From IMG/VR virus record IMGVR_UViG_3300021387_000076: 64,000 nt of DNA. The stretch is one strand, 5' to 3'. The DNA comes from a virus (lineage: Duplodnaviria; Heunggongvirae; Uroviricota; Caudoviricetes). This document shows, piece after piece, positions 56,501 through 64,000 of the stretch; position 1 is the stretch's first letter, and every line of letters begins with the position of its first letter. Below the pieces are notes generated by a model. It did not search any database, was not told where the DNA came from, and was given only the letters and a program-made list of their open reading frames with translations. A program made the translations under genes and the position numbers.

Positions 56501-57570
56501 ACATCGACAGCCTGTGTTTCTCCGCATGCCACTTCACGGTCGGAGATGATCGTCACGTAATCTTCAGACGAAGCAGACTTGTATGCAACAGTCATAAGAC
56601 CGGACTGGTTCTCCACAGACGTCCCGTAATACAGATAATATGCAAAGCGAAGCACGCACTGAGAATTCTGTGTGGTGTTAATGGTTCTTGATCCCATCTG
56701 GTTACTGAGTCGCACACTGTAGGTGGCGGCTCCGCCACCGCCGCCACCGGTGATCGTGATGGGAGCGGACCTCTCATTGTTGGCTGTGATAAACGTAAGC
56801 GTATGCTCCGTATCGTCATAGTCATAGCCGACGTAACTGTCGCTGACATTCGCCAGTGCATTCTGTGCGTCCATCGAAGCAGTCTCAGCTGTAGTCTTTA
56901 TCTTTTCAATGGTGTTTACTGAGCCGCTCAGACCGATGCCTTCGTTCTGAGCGAGCGTAGACAGGTCAATGTTTGCAGAAGGATCTATGTTTTCCAGATC
57001 TGAAAGTGTTGCATATGTTTCCGATGCTTCATCCTTTGTCAGATATCCTTCCGCGTCAGTCTTTGATACGTAGGAAGTCTCAGCATCTGCTTTGGACAGG
57101 TATGTATCCTGTGCAGAAGCTTTTGATACATATGTTTCGGACGCCGCTTCCTTCGTTTCATACGTGGAAGCCGCGTCCTCCTTACTGAGTGCTTCAGTTT
57201 TAGTGTAGTAATTTGTAAGATCAACAGAGTTTACCGCCTGTGCTAACTGCTCAGAGGTGACATAGGCGTTTAATTTCTGATCAATCTCCTGTTTATTGTA
57301 GAAATTTGTCAAATCAATAGTGACACTTGCACCGTTGATGGGCGTTCCGTCAGCTTTCCGAAGCTGAAGGACGCCTGTATTCGAGTCATAGGAAAAGCCA
57401 GCTGCCGTTTCATTGCACTTGGCTTCAAGCGTCTTGAGCTCTGCGTCAATGATATTCATTGCGGAAGTCTGATCTGTTCCGTTAATCAGAGTCCTCCATT
57501 CAAGGAACGTCATAACGCGTTCGTCTCTCGGTACAAGCGGCAATCTATAATTTGTAGTATACTGAGCCAT
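50554..57570 (-). CDS. Giant multidomain adhesin/fiber protein (about 2338 aa) with N-terminal fiber-like heptad repeats, LRRs, Listeria-Bacteroides repeats and lectin-like regions
   Basis: Likely start ATG at 57570 with SD AAGGGG. xTYxSKxDA repeats near the N-terminus. LRR block LLGDISKF...LSLTGNRLLESLNIENCVNLSGNINLSNNKF. PTTAEAVYTFTGWD...YTIRWYNG Flg_new-like repeats. Confidence 0.65.
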   Translation of the reverse strand: MAQYTTNYRLPLVPRDERVMTFLEWRTLINGTDQTSAMNIIDAELKTLEAKCNETAAGFSYDSNTGVLQLRKADGTPINGASVTIDLTNFYNKQEIDQKLNAYVTSEQLAQAVNSVDLTNYYTKTEALSKEDAASTYETKEAASETYVSKASAQDTYLSKADAETSYVSKTDAEGYLTKDEASETYATLSDLENIDPSANIDLSTLAQNEGIGLSGSVNTIEKIKTTAETASMDAQNALANVSDSYVGYDYDDTEHTLTFITANNERSAPITITGGGGGGAATYSVRLSNQMGSRTINTTQNSQCVLRFAYYLYYGTSVENQSGLMTVAYKSASSEDYVTIISDREVACGETQAVDVSNYLTVGAVTKVRITVSTTVSQDGEEKVLEAPLEFSISCVEMSISTTFDSTSVYTGNIPISFTPVGYNIGKTVYLRLDNNPTPVVSADIGTAHNVVRQLTLQTSGLAYGAHIADLYYVASDATESNHVIFPILFDNGSGDNYEMVGAYLENSTIKYGDTLRVKYVVYSPGKERMSTLNIAVGNLNANGVFEATYYSGTLNNIRNNVINTLELSEGSYPASGDAIVRLVTSDMNGTSMMNFNVQEITYDYDVNQVTTGLVYSFRPTGKTNDSSDRDTYVYEYDSPTGKKNIYASFTGFNWSTDGYVDTGVLTLSGDARMNIEIPILYSSFTNRDGETVMLDSNNNAHVTSTGRTIEFELSMNYVTDETKSVVRCISENGPQFVITPQVCYFLAKGQSLDLDADGFILNEESIPCAYLKDNKRLRISFVVQPVTVDEASGQNTQCVNIYVNGEYANSYLYDAGADYDSNATVELGSDGCITKLYDVRMYNRNLSNEDILQNYMNAPADIKDRITMNEENDVLFDGSSLRDISYKKALYMYPCLLIIGELSKWKGNKLPCGAVLTKPDGKGGYTVEFSLLDRNDDGVFACQTNVQGTSSQQYIRKNYKVSLAKYARDDNQAIIIENGKEKKSKVKYALKGKDKNGNDLSIGESTLCFKIDYMSTDHANTFNANIVDTLFNDKEAGSLVQNTIYGFRCLLFNMPADRYVNGQVFSNYPDDAFIFSGDGCLNNDKSNSKSFGLESEGDSGNVTKQQKWEYKNNSNPICFFKSDAFYSTIEDDDGNSILNVKNALESCYPDEGDLEDAGLEPNYDYIHVLYTWVCQRANFWAATDPTTRAAKKAIFKNEFEKHFNLEHTLVYYLFMEWIALCDNRAKNLFLSCKDVTAENIVFTNGATSVSQIRKADGSLNVDAIDWNKSSFGIWYTDPYDLDSCFGVDNVGFLRIPYYADWDYQRGGGDGTYMFSGHDSYFWKMFEEAFASEITARARTLTRDTGTGTGYLDHTVLNKVHIAENAELVCPAVINRDMDYKYQDAVTKGYHDYSSNTPEALVYTSKYKYLQRGSRTEQKESFIYKRSRMLYSKYFCDQFKNDYIYFRAGRQVSMANTAITVAPVQRMKLAVSYGDSGTPVSSDMLDANESVTLKYNTYVGNTDTVYIHGASDIVLLGDISKFYPYNIDLSRAAKLKSITIGSHEAGYTNTLLSSLSLTGNRLLESLNIENCVNLSGNINLSNNKFIREIYAKNTPAITGFTFADGSPLETLELGSPVSLVMKNMNKLSNFSYDSLDNLKTLIIENVPGVDAMGILMDKLDQLENIRLVGITANIGSDTQILKDLLTDKARGKYVDADGKKPQGTTAYPEISGTIHVSNIGSSLYEQLKAAYPNLTIEYDSTLSEFAVNFYDWNGTVLNTQYVSQGDTPVDPVATGLIPTPTRPTTAEAVYTFTGWDRALERVTVSGASYTAVYAQETKSYTIRWYNGSTLLSTQTVGYGENAVYNGALPTNTSGDAIGVYRLFKAWDKNTANVTEDMDVYATWYEGTVPAAGTNLADMTPMQIYAMTKTGILASSGGQNADSNSTYYGTIKSGDTINITLGNDIDYTNVASTVLYNSATQFDGNNVALTGKKLFDSDKSFTLLIDYKFGQLKPSDSTPTLVSCTNDTAGISLIQSSYGPRIAYCGDTFNLKTNTSSSSEYTTRDVVVIRHKKGDPTLYIYSSDTHSITNENNMDIRKGTISRQAPIINNSELAVGGQYYVNDGYTNNKAIGTIYKMKYWEDDLGDDMCSSLAMWPFETYTFIASGLGSTNFRMYQKTGSDNYAGINLYSSELLSRGLYMNSTATNQNGWQASLVRKFLNSRLYYCMNGAWRAVISQVQVKSLPGSGVTSQTVESSDYMFIPSFSEVTSNSSSYGSIYSIESEGLISYFTTQTSRTKHIYGTNTNNSWWLRSPGNYTYGDYDYRSNQFHYVTSNGYSNGSNYTQYANTLLYICFGFAI

Positions 57571-57586
57571 TTGCAATTGCCCCTTT

Positions 57587-58441
57587 TTATGTCAGAATAA
57601 AGTCCGACATGGCCATCCAATCGACATCAGGTAACAGATGACCAGTGTACGTATCTATAGATTGTGTCCTATAGTACGGTGTATAAATGTTGAATTCCTG
57701 TAACTGCATTCCGTCTATGCTGCCTTCGAACATGAACGCATTCATTTCATTGCCGTCCATATCCAGAAGCGTGTTTTCATCATACGTATACAGAACATAC
57801 GAGCTCATTGCATTCAGGGAATAGTAGTCGTAATAATACAGCGGTACAGAACTTGCCAGGCATATCTCGCTCGGTATGTTATCGACAATCGATAAAGCCG
57901 TGGCGGTTGCATAAGACTCTGTGAACTCATCAAGAGTCATGCCTTCGAATATAAAGATCTGGTTGTTGTCCATGGATCCGATTCGTCCATATATACCACC
58001 GTTTCTTGCCGGGGAAGCATAGATATACTTCTTGAATTGATCGGCTTTCGAACTGAGAGCAGCGTCTGTTTCGAGTTCAAGGTGTACCTTTTTGAGTACA
58101 TGATTGGAAAGCCAGTCGATCCTGAAATCATCAAGCCTTGAAAGCTGCATGACATCCAGTTCCCAGAGTGACTTGAATTCTCTTAAGCGCGATTGTAGGA
58201 GCATCGGCTTGTTGAACAATTCGAAGAACCTGTGAACCATATATCCTTTGACAACAAGGTTGAATTTCTGGTCATTGTTTATCGGAAAAAGATATCTTAC
58301 TTCTTTCGGTGTATCTACTGCATCATTTAAAAGGAACCTGATGTTAACAGGTTCCGGCTCTGCTGTATTGTTTTTATACAGGAATGGTATTGTGAATTCA
58401 GCATTGTCGTAATTAAAGTTTGATCTGATCACGACGCTCAC
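57587..58441 (-). CDS. Hypothetical structural protein (284 aa, GTG start coupled to the upstream stop)
   Basis: ORF in the fiber/baseplate-like cluster. Confidence 0.4.
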   Translation of the reverse strand: MSVVIRSNFNYDNAEFTIPFLYKNNTAEPEPVNIRFLLNDAVDTPKEVRYLFPINNDQKFNLVVKGYMVHRFFELFNKPMLLQSRLREFKSLWELDVMQLSRLDDFRIDWLSNHVLKKVHLELETDAALSSKADQFKKYIYASPARNGGIYGRIGSMDNNQIFIFEGMTLDEFTESYATATALSIVDNIPSEICLASSVPLYYYDYYSLNAMSSYVLYTYDENTLLDMDGNEMNAFMFEGSIDGMQLQEFNIYTPYYRTQSIDTYTGHLLPDVDWMAMSDFILT

Positions 58442-58448
58442 CTACTTG

Positions 58449-58868
58449 TCAAGCGATTGCATCGTAGTCAAGAAGTGTAATCGTCAGCAATCCTGCAGGT
58501 ATTGTTATAATTGTATTTCTCTCTATGTAGTGCGGCGTATCAAGAGATCCTCCTGATAAAGCAGTCGCCCCTTCATATTCTCCATCAAATAAAACCCAGT
58601 ACGCTGCCTGTACCTGTCCGTCCCACCACGATGCTGTGCTTTCCGGGAAGATGATGTCATCAAGATTGACAATGATACCATTTTCAGCATTGGAAAGTTC
58701 ACCGATATTAACCCGTCTGTATCCAGTCAGGTCAGTTGTCGGTTCAAGATACTTGATGGAACCGTCTTCATTCTTCTCAAGAATGGAAGACAGGCCAATA
58801 TAGAACGTCGTAGCCGGGTTATGATACACTGTATCCATTGCTCTGTTCAGCCATTGCGTTGAATTCAT
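58449..58868 (-). CDS. Hypothetical structural protein (139 aa)
   Basis: ATG with SD GGGGGTGA. Confidence 0.45.
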   Translation of the reverse strand: MNSTQWLNRAMDTVYHNPATTFYIGLSSILEKNEDGSIKYLEPTTDLTGYRRVNIGELSNAENGIIVNLDDIIFPESTASWWDGQVQAAYWVLFDGEYEGATALSGGSLDTPHYIERNTIITIPAGLLTITLLDYDAIA

Positions 58869-59570
58869 TTAATCACCCCCGGTGTTGTAGTTCTTAAGTA
58901 TGGTCAGATTGCCTTGCTGTGTTTTGCAGTACGCTTCAGACCGCATTTCGATCTGATAAATGTACTCACCTTCAAGGCTGATCGTGTCGGCATAGGCAAA
59001 TGAAAACTGCACAGTCGCGTCTTCACCCTGATTGGTAATCAGCCGTCCTGCTTTTGTCAGTACAGGTTCCGCGTCTTCGGTGCCGGCAGGCACAAGAAGA
59101 AGCGTATAGTTGAAGCTGTCAAGCTGTTCAGTCGTAAAAGGTATGTTGCGTTCTGAGAATAATACGATCTGCCATGTGGTTGTATCGCCTGCATACATCT
59201 GTAATGACGGACATGTGTAGTCGATAGAGTTTCCAAATCCATTCGGCTTAACTCTCTTGGTCACAGCAAGTGTGATATGATAGATTGTCATGCCGGAATA
59301 TGAATCTGTAATGTATACATAGCAGTGTACATCTCTGCCTCGTTCGAGTGCTTCATTCGGAATGGCTGACACCCATTTGTCAGCTTCCATATACGCAACA
59401 TTTGTAATGGTTTCTTTCATGCCGTCAACAGCATATTGTATCTGTACAATACGAGCTGTCTTAAGTCCTGAAAGACGCAGCTTTAAGCCTCTGTCATATT
59501 GGTAAATGTCGCTTACTGTTTTCTCACTGATGGAAGGACCCAATTCAACATCGACGTATTCATTTCTCAT
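58869..59570 (-). CDS. Hypothetical structural protein (233 aa from the internal Met with SD AGGAGG)
   Basis: CAGGAGGGATAACATG start context. The longer listed ORF start lacks an SD. Confidence 0.45.
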   Translation of the reverse strand: MRNEYVDVELGPSISEKTVSDIYQYDRGLKLRLSGLKTARIVQIQYAVDGMKETITNVAYMEADKWVSAIPNEALERGRDVHCYVYITDSYSGMTIYHITLAVTKRVKPNGFGNSIDYTCPSLQMYAGDTTTWQIVLFSERNIPFTTEQLDSFNYTLLLVPAGTEDAEPVLTKAGRLITNQGEDATVQFSFAYADTISLEGEYIYQIEMRSEAYCKTQQGNLTILKNYNTGGD

Positions 59571-59732
59571 GTTATCCCTCCTGTTGTCAGAGCCACCTTG
59601 TTCCATCAAAATAATGAACAGTACACGGAAGCCAGCGTTCACCGTCAAAGTAGTAAACTTCTGCTTCTTTATATGAGCCGTCATAGTAAACTTTTACTGT
59701 GCTCATAATATCACTGCCTTTCGTGGCAGATA

Positions 59733-60149
59733 TTATTCTTCTTCTTCATCTTCGGATACCTCGGCTGTCATTTCAGGAACAGGCGTATCAATATCCGGTC
59801 TCGGCTCTTCATCTGCCACATCATATACTTTCAATCGTCTGGTGTGATATGCAGTCTCTCCTTTGATATTGCTCTTTTCTATCGAAGCAACGAGCCTGTT
59901 GTGGTCAATAGGGGAGGATACAATAGCACCATTATCCATAAAAATTGCTGTCTTTGCGGCCTTCGTGCCGCATGCGTTGATCAGCGTGCCAGCTTTTCTT
60001 TCCTCTTTGAGGGTTTCTCTGGCCTGATAAGTCTTCGTGCTCATCATGACAATGATTCTTGTCGCACAAATATCTACATCTTTCGATGCCTTTATAAATC
60101 TAAGTGGTATTTGATACAAGATACCACCTCCATGTTCATCAATATACAA
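59733..60149 (-). CDS. Hypothetical acidic-tailed protein. Start codon unclear (the listed start is TTG).
   Basis: The start abuts the upstream terminator and has no SD. Confidence 0.25.
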   Translation of the reverse strand: MYIDEHGGGILYQIPLRFIKASKDVDICATRIIVMMSTKTYQARETLKEERKAGTLINACGTKAAKTAIFMDNGAIVSSPIDHNRLVASIEKSNIKGETAYHTRRLKVYDVADEEPRPDIDTPVPEMTAEVSEDEEEE

Positions 60150-60173
60150 AAGCCGGCCTCAATGGACCGGCTT
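60143..60173 (-). terminator. Rho-independent terminator (AAGCCGG-N10-CCGGCTT plus TTTTGT on the minus strand)
   Basis: Inverted repeat plus T-run, downstream of the MORN-like gene. Confidence 0.5.
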
Positions 60174-60214
60174 CCTATTATCCTTACTCATCCGCGCTGG
60201 ACAGCGGGCGGCCT

Positions 60215-60529
60215 TTAGAAGCCGCCATCGTCCAGCTCGGTGTCGTAACCGAACATACCTGTGACCGTTGTTCCCATATATCCGTCAGAGTCGTAATGGT
60301 TGAGTGTTCCAAACATACCTTCGTGTGAGCTTGCTACAAATTCATTGTGGTCATCATACGTTACACGGTCTGCAATAAAACCTCTGTCTGTGTAACCTTT
60401 GTAATTTCCGTCAGCGTCATAGATATTGTACGATCCTTCAAACAAACCGGGCCAGACTTCTCCGACCTTTTTACCGTCCTGATAGTTGATATACTGTCCA
60501 AATAAACCTCTTTCAGTTCTGATGTTCAC
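60215..60529 (-). CDS. Small MORN-like repeat protein (G[LM]FG...Y.G repeats)
   Basis: Four roughly 22 aa repeats. Confidence 0.35.
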   Translation of the reverse strand: MNIRTERGLFGQYINYQDGKKVGEVWPGLFEGSYNIYDADGNYKGYTDRGFIADRVTYDDHNEFVASSHEGMFGTLNHYDSDGYMGTTVTGMFGYDTELDDGGF

Positions 60530-60547
60530 AGATATGCTCCTTTCTTT

Positions 60548-63500
60548 TTAAGCTGCATCAGCGCATTCTTTCTTATCTTTCTTCCTGTCTGGCGGGCAGG
60601 CTATGATATCATAGTCTGCAAGCCAGCTTTCTTTTTCTTCGGAAGGTATACGCTGACCATTCACATAATTCATCTTCGGTCTCAGGTTCCATTGTTTCAA
60701 AGCAAACACAGTATTTTCTTCCAATTTCTTCTTACTGTAAGCGTTTTTGAGTACGCGCATTATCCCTGAGGTACCTCTTTGAAGAGAATATATGCTGATA
60801 TTAACTCCGTATTTATCGTCCAAATCCTTCACAATGTAATAGTTTTCCGGAGCGTCTTTGTCGTAGGAGATACAAAGACCCAGATACTCATTCTCATCCT
60901 GAACGGTTTCTTCGATAGACAAAGTTTCATCTGGTGTCTCTCTCTCGAGCTTTTTCAATTCTTCGAGGCGAGCCGGGAAGGACTTCAAGGACTTTGTTAT
61001 CCTGTTCTTCCCATTGTAGAATTCATCGGCAAGAGTCAGTAACTTCTTTGTCTTGCCAAATTGTGAGAAGTATCCGATGCGTATCAGTACTTCCACCTGG
61101 TTCTTCTTGATGCTTGTGTTCTTCAGTATATAGAACAGAAGATCAATGAAGTATTCAAACTGCATATCTTTCATGGCGGTCAGATCATTTGACACGTTCT
61201 GACCTATGCCCTTTACTGAGGCAAGGCTTTGGGATATGCGGCTGTTTTCTTTGTCGATATACCAGTCATTGTTATCATGACCGAACCTTGCGGCTTCAAG
61301 TTTTATACCTTTATATCTGTTCATCTCTTCGATGAGCAGAGACACCTTCTTCTTGTCGCCCTTTTCGGTATAGATGTTAAGGACTGTTGCATAGAATTCA
61401 TACGGGTACATATACTTCAGGTATGCTCCGTACAATGAGTCCAGTCCGTATGCATAGGCATGAGCACAGCAGAACAGATATGATGCCGAAGCAAGGATAA
61501 CTGCCCACACATCTCCTGCTGTTTTCTTTGCAAGCTCTTCATCAACGTTTTGTTTATCAATGAGGTATGCTGTAAAGCCGGGGATGAACTTCTCTTTATA
61601 GCTTTCAACCTTTGCGAGCTTCTTTTTCTTGATCGCCTTGATCAGAAGATATGCGTCACTCGGTTCAATGCCTGCTGCCTGTGCAAGGCTCAGGATCTGT
61701 TCGTCATAGAACAGATATGAACTCTTGCCAGTTACACCTGTTGCTCCGTTCAACTTCAGCATCTCATCCATTGCCGGGATCTGGTAGTTATGGAACGACC
61801 TTGATACAAAGGAATCCACAAGGCTCTTTGCACCAGGTCGAATAGCCGCCACGAACGCGGCTAATTCGACCGTGTTCTTTGGCTTAAACTGCATAGCTCT
61901 CTGTGTGGTCTTCGGTCTTTCAAACTGATTGACACATTGAGTGAAGCCATCCTTGTAGATATCATATACACCGGGATTCATTTCTGATTCGGCTATCAGT
62001 TCGTTCGCTGACAGCATCTTTTTACCGGCACGTTTGAATACCTTGTTGATGATGTCAACCACTGTTACTGTAAGCAGGTCAATCTTACAGTAGCCGTATG
62101 CGTCTGCTGTAGCTCCGTCAATGTACACCGTGTACACCGGTTCGGTGCTTCCTTTTTTCGGCTTCTGTCTGATGATGCCAAACTCCCGTCGCAGGTCCTT
62201 GTGATAGACAAGGAACGCGCACGGGTGAGGGCTCAGACTTGTGATGATCTGCATGAACTGCTTGCTGTCATTAACCAGGTCTATATACTTCGGTTCAATA
62301 AACTGTTCAAGTGTCACATAGTCATCCACGTTGTAATCAGGATCATCCTGATTGTTTTCAATCGCATGCTTTCTCTTGAGTTCATACGTTGAGATCTGTT
62401 TTGATACTTCATTTGCAATATCAAAGTCGATGTTCCTGACGCTTGCCAGCATCTTGAATGCTGACAGCGTCTGCAGTTTGCCGTATGCAAGCATTGGAAG
62501 GCATCCGTATTCTCCGAAGATCTCCTTGCCGGCTCTGGCAAACGGTTCCTGATCCGCAACGTTTGTGTCAATATCAGGCATGCTTCCTGAAGAAAGCTTT
62601 TCTGCTGAGATAAATCTCGCAGGATACATTTTGACGGGCGTCTTCAATCTGTTGATTGAAGTAAAGCCAAGCCCGTAGTTGGTAGAGAAGCTGCATGCCG
62701 AACCTCTTGAGGTTGTAGTCATTACGCCGCCGTTCTCTATTCCTTTCTGAACAAGGTCGTGTAATCCGATAAAGTAATCAGCACTGTTCGTGTCGACAAT
62801 TGTATTCATTTCCTGCCGCAGTTCCGCCGCCTCTTCAGGAGTCGGCGTTCCTGCCTGTGCTATATAGCCATCGCAGACCATCTTCTGGTACAGGTAATTT
62901 CTTTCTTCCTGTGTGAGATCAGGTCGTGATACAGGGAACTTCCTTCTTTTGTCGAATGTTACGCCTTCAAATGTACCAAGGATATGTGTATTCTCAAATG
63001 CTTCTTCAATCTGCGCCTTGGAGAAGATGTTCTGTGCGTTCATCATCCGCCACGCTTCTTCATTGGTCGGAAGATACAGATCGAAGTCGTCATCTTTTGT
63101 CTCATCTTCATCAGGTTTTGCTACTTTCTTCTTGGCCCACAGCAGTTCCTGTCTTTGAACTTTATCTTCTTTGTTAATGTAATGACTGTCTGTTGCGTAG
63201 ATCAGAGGCCATCTGTATTTCTTGTACAGTTCAAGGATCTTTGCATTGTGCTGCAGCTGAATTTTTTGCGGATGATGCTGTATTTCCAGATAGAAATTCT
63301 CCTTGAACATTTCGTGGAGCGTATTGCATATCTGGATACCCTGGTCTTCATCGGACAGCGGCCCGCCAACACAGGCGGTTGTTACAAGGAAATGGTTATA
63401 GTCCAGCTGAGAAAGCAGATCGAAGTCAACTCTTGCTTTCTTATAAAAGCCTGTTTCGTTTGCCCTTGAAAGCATGAAGTTAAGTTCTTCAAGTCCTGTG

Positions 63501-63811
63501 TTATCCTTTGCTATAACAATCAGGTGGAAGTTTCTTCCATCTTTCAGTTCCGGGTTTCTGTCCGGTACAAAGTAACACTCAGCTGCGGCTATAGGTTTCA
63601 TTTTGAAGTTTTCATCATTGTATTTATCGCACAGGTCTGCCTGTTCATAGATGTTGCTTCTGTTTCCGTGTTCGGAAAGACAGAGTACAGGTATGTTCCT
63701 GGCTTTCATCTGTTTTGCATAGTCATCTATTGAGGCAGGCGAGTCATTGCGTGTGAATATATTCGAATAATATGTGTGACAATGATATGGATAATAGATA
63801 GGAACACCCAT
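60548..63811 (-). CDS. dnaE: DNA polymerase III alpha subunit (DnaE-type, N-terminal PHP domain), 1087 aa
   Basis: SD AAAGGAGTGA. N-terminal YYPYHCHTYYS...LSEHGN fits PHP metal-binding motifs. Size and layout fit a DnaE family C polymerase. Confidence 0.75.
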   Translation of the reverse strand: MGVPIYYPYHCHTYYSNIFTRNDSPASIDDYAKQMKARNIPVLCLSEHGNRSNIYEQADLCDKYNDENFKMKPIAAAECYFVPDRNPELKDGRNFHLIVIAKDNTGLEELNFMLSRANETGFYKKARVDFDLLSQLDYNHFLVTTACVGGPLSDEDQGIQICNTLHEMFKENFYLEIQHHPQKIQLQHNAKILELYKKYRWPLIYATDSHYINKEDKVQRQELLWAKKKVAKPDEDETKDDDFDLYLPTNEEAWRMMNAQNIFSKAQIEEAFENTHILGTFEGVTFDKRRKFPVSRPDLTQEERNYLYQKMVCDGYIAQAGTPTPEEAAELRQEMNTIVDTNSADYFIGLHDLVQKGIENGGVMTTTSRGSACSFSTNYGLGFTSINRLKTPVKMYPARFISAEKLSSGSMPDIDTNVADQEPFARAGKEIFGEYGCLPMLAYGKLQTLSAFKMLASVRNIDFDIANEVSKQISTYELKRKHAIENNQDDPDYNVDDYVTLEQFIEPKYIDLVNDSKQFMQIITSLSPHPCAFLVYHKDLRREFGIIRQKPKKGSTEPVYTVYIDGATADAYGYCKIDLLTVTVVDIINKVFKRAGKKMLSANELIAESEMNPGVYDIYKDGFTQCVNQFERPKTTQRAMQFKPKNTVELAAFVAAIRPGAKSLVDSFVSRSFHNYQIPAMDEMLKLNGATGVTGKSSYLFYDEQILSLAQAAGIEPSDAYLLIKAIKKKKLAKVESYKEKFIPGFTAYLIDKQNVDEELAKKTAGDVWAVILASASYLFCCAHAYAYGLDSLYGAYLKYMYPYEFYATVLNIYTEKGDKKKVSLLIEEMNRYKGIKLEAARFGHDNNDWYIDKENSRISQSLASVKGIGQNVSNDLTAMKDMQFEYFIDLLFYILKNTSIKKNQVEVLIRIGYFSQFGKTKKLLTLADEFYNGKNRITKSLKSFPARLEELKKLERETPDETLSIEETVQDENEYLGLCISYDKDAPENYYIVKDLDDKYGVNISIYSLQRGTSGIMRVLKNAYSKKKLEENTVFALKQWNLRPKMNYVNGQRIPSEEKESWLADYDIIACPPDRKKDKKECADAA

Positions 63812-63815
63812 TTTG

Positions 63816-64000
63816 TCACTCCTTTATCTTGTTGCGTGACCATTCGGGCAGATCTTTCTGCAGCTGCAAATTTCTGTACAGAAGAAGTCTGACTTCTTGG
63901 TCTCGAAGAAATCCATTAATTCATATTTTTCGATACGTTCTATTGCGTCTGTTGCCCATGTATAAGCTTCAACAAAGTCTTCCTTCGTAAAAGGCCTTGA
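63816..64000 (-). CDS. 3' end of an upstream minus-strand gene that continues beyond the window (...CTEICSCRKICPNGHATR stop)
   Basis: Open frame across the last 185 nt, ending TAA at about 63816 just before the dnaE RBS. Confidence 0.35.

Noticed and set aside
44227-57576. Diversity-generating retroelement acting on the fiber genes
   Set aside because: No reverse transcriptase ORF (no YxDD motif protein) and no template-repeat/variable-repeat pair is recognisable in the window. The DNA repeats inside the fiber gene are in-frame coding tandem repeats.
59733-60149. Confident gene call for the ORF abutting the terminator
   Set aside because: The listed start is a TTG directly after the terminator T-run with no SD, and the first in-frame ATG is far downstream. 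Kept only at low confidence.

Overview
This 64 kb window looks like part of a large temperate siphovirus-type phage genome infecting a low-GC, anaerobic Gram-positive host (probably gut Clostridia). It splits into two convergent blocks, with an integrase/attP junction at about 19.6-21.1 kb between them. On the + strand, bases 1-19536 encode a 5'-truncated tail tape-measure protein of at least 4329 aa with a TP901-type core domain, a distal tail protein (Dit)-like protein, a 1654 aa tail-associated lysin/fiber (Tal)-like protein and a small membrane protein. Downstream of these are a tyrosine integrase, a transcription terminator and a tRNA 3'-end-like stretch that is probably the attP core. 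From 63811 down to 21118 essentially everything is on the minus strand. In transcription order this block carries a DnaE-type DNA polymerase III alpha subunit, a baseplate/fiber cluster, an endolysin/holin lysis cassette, a nucleotide-metabolism module and a tRNA region. The baseplate/fiber cluster includes a 2338 aa leucine-rich-repeat (LRR) and Listeria-Bacteroides-repeat adhesin and several tail-fiber paralogs. The endolysin combines SpoIID, NlpC/P60 and SH3b domains. The nucleotide-metabolism module has a RuvC-like resolvase, dUTPase, ThyX, an NrdH-like glutaredoxin, NrdG, and an anaerobic ribonucleotide reductase gene nrdD split by a roughly 1.07 kb intervening sequence that encodes a homing-endonuclease-like ORF. 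The tRNA region has a canonical tRNA-Gln(UUG), a Thg1-like 3'-5' nucleotidyltransferase, and an array of seven tandem tRNA-like elements at 27.2-28.5 kb. These elements have a type-II tRNA D-arm, a covarying T-arm with a non-canonical G55, acceptor stems, 50-65 nt inserts between D-arm and T-arm (longer in the degenerate unit 1), and partly overlapping units. The array plus the Thg1-like gene is the most unusual system in the window. Many small zinc-ribbon ORFs of unknown function fill the rest of the minus-strand block. Most function calls rest on motif recognition by eye and were not checked by database search.
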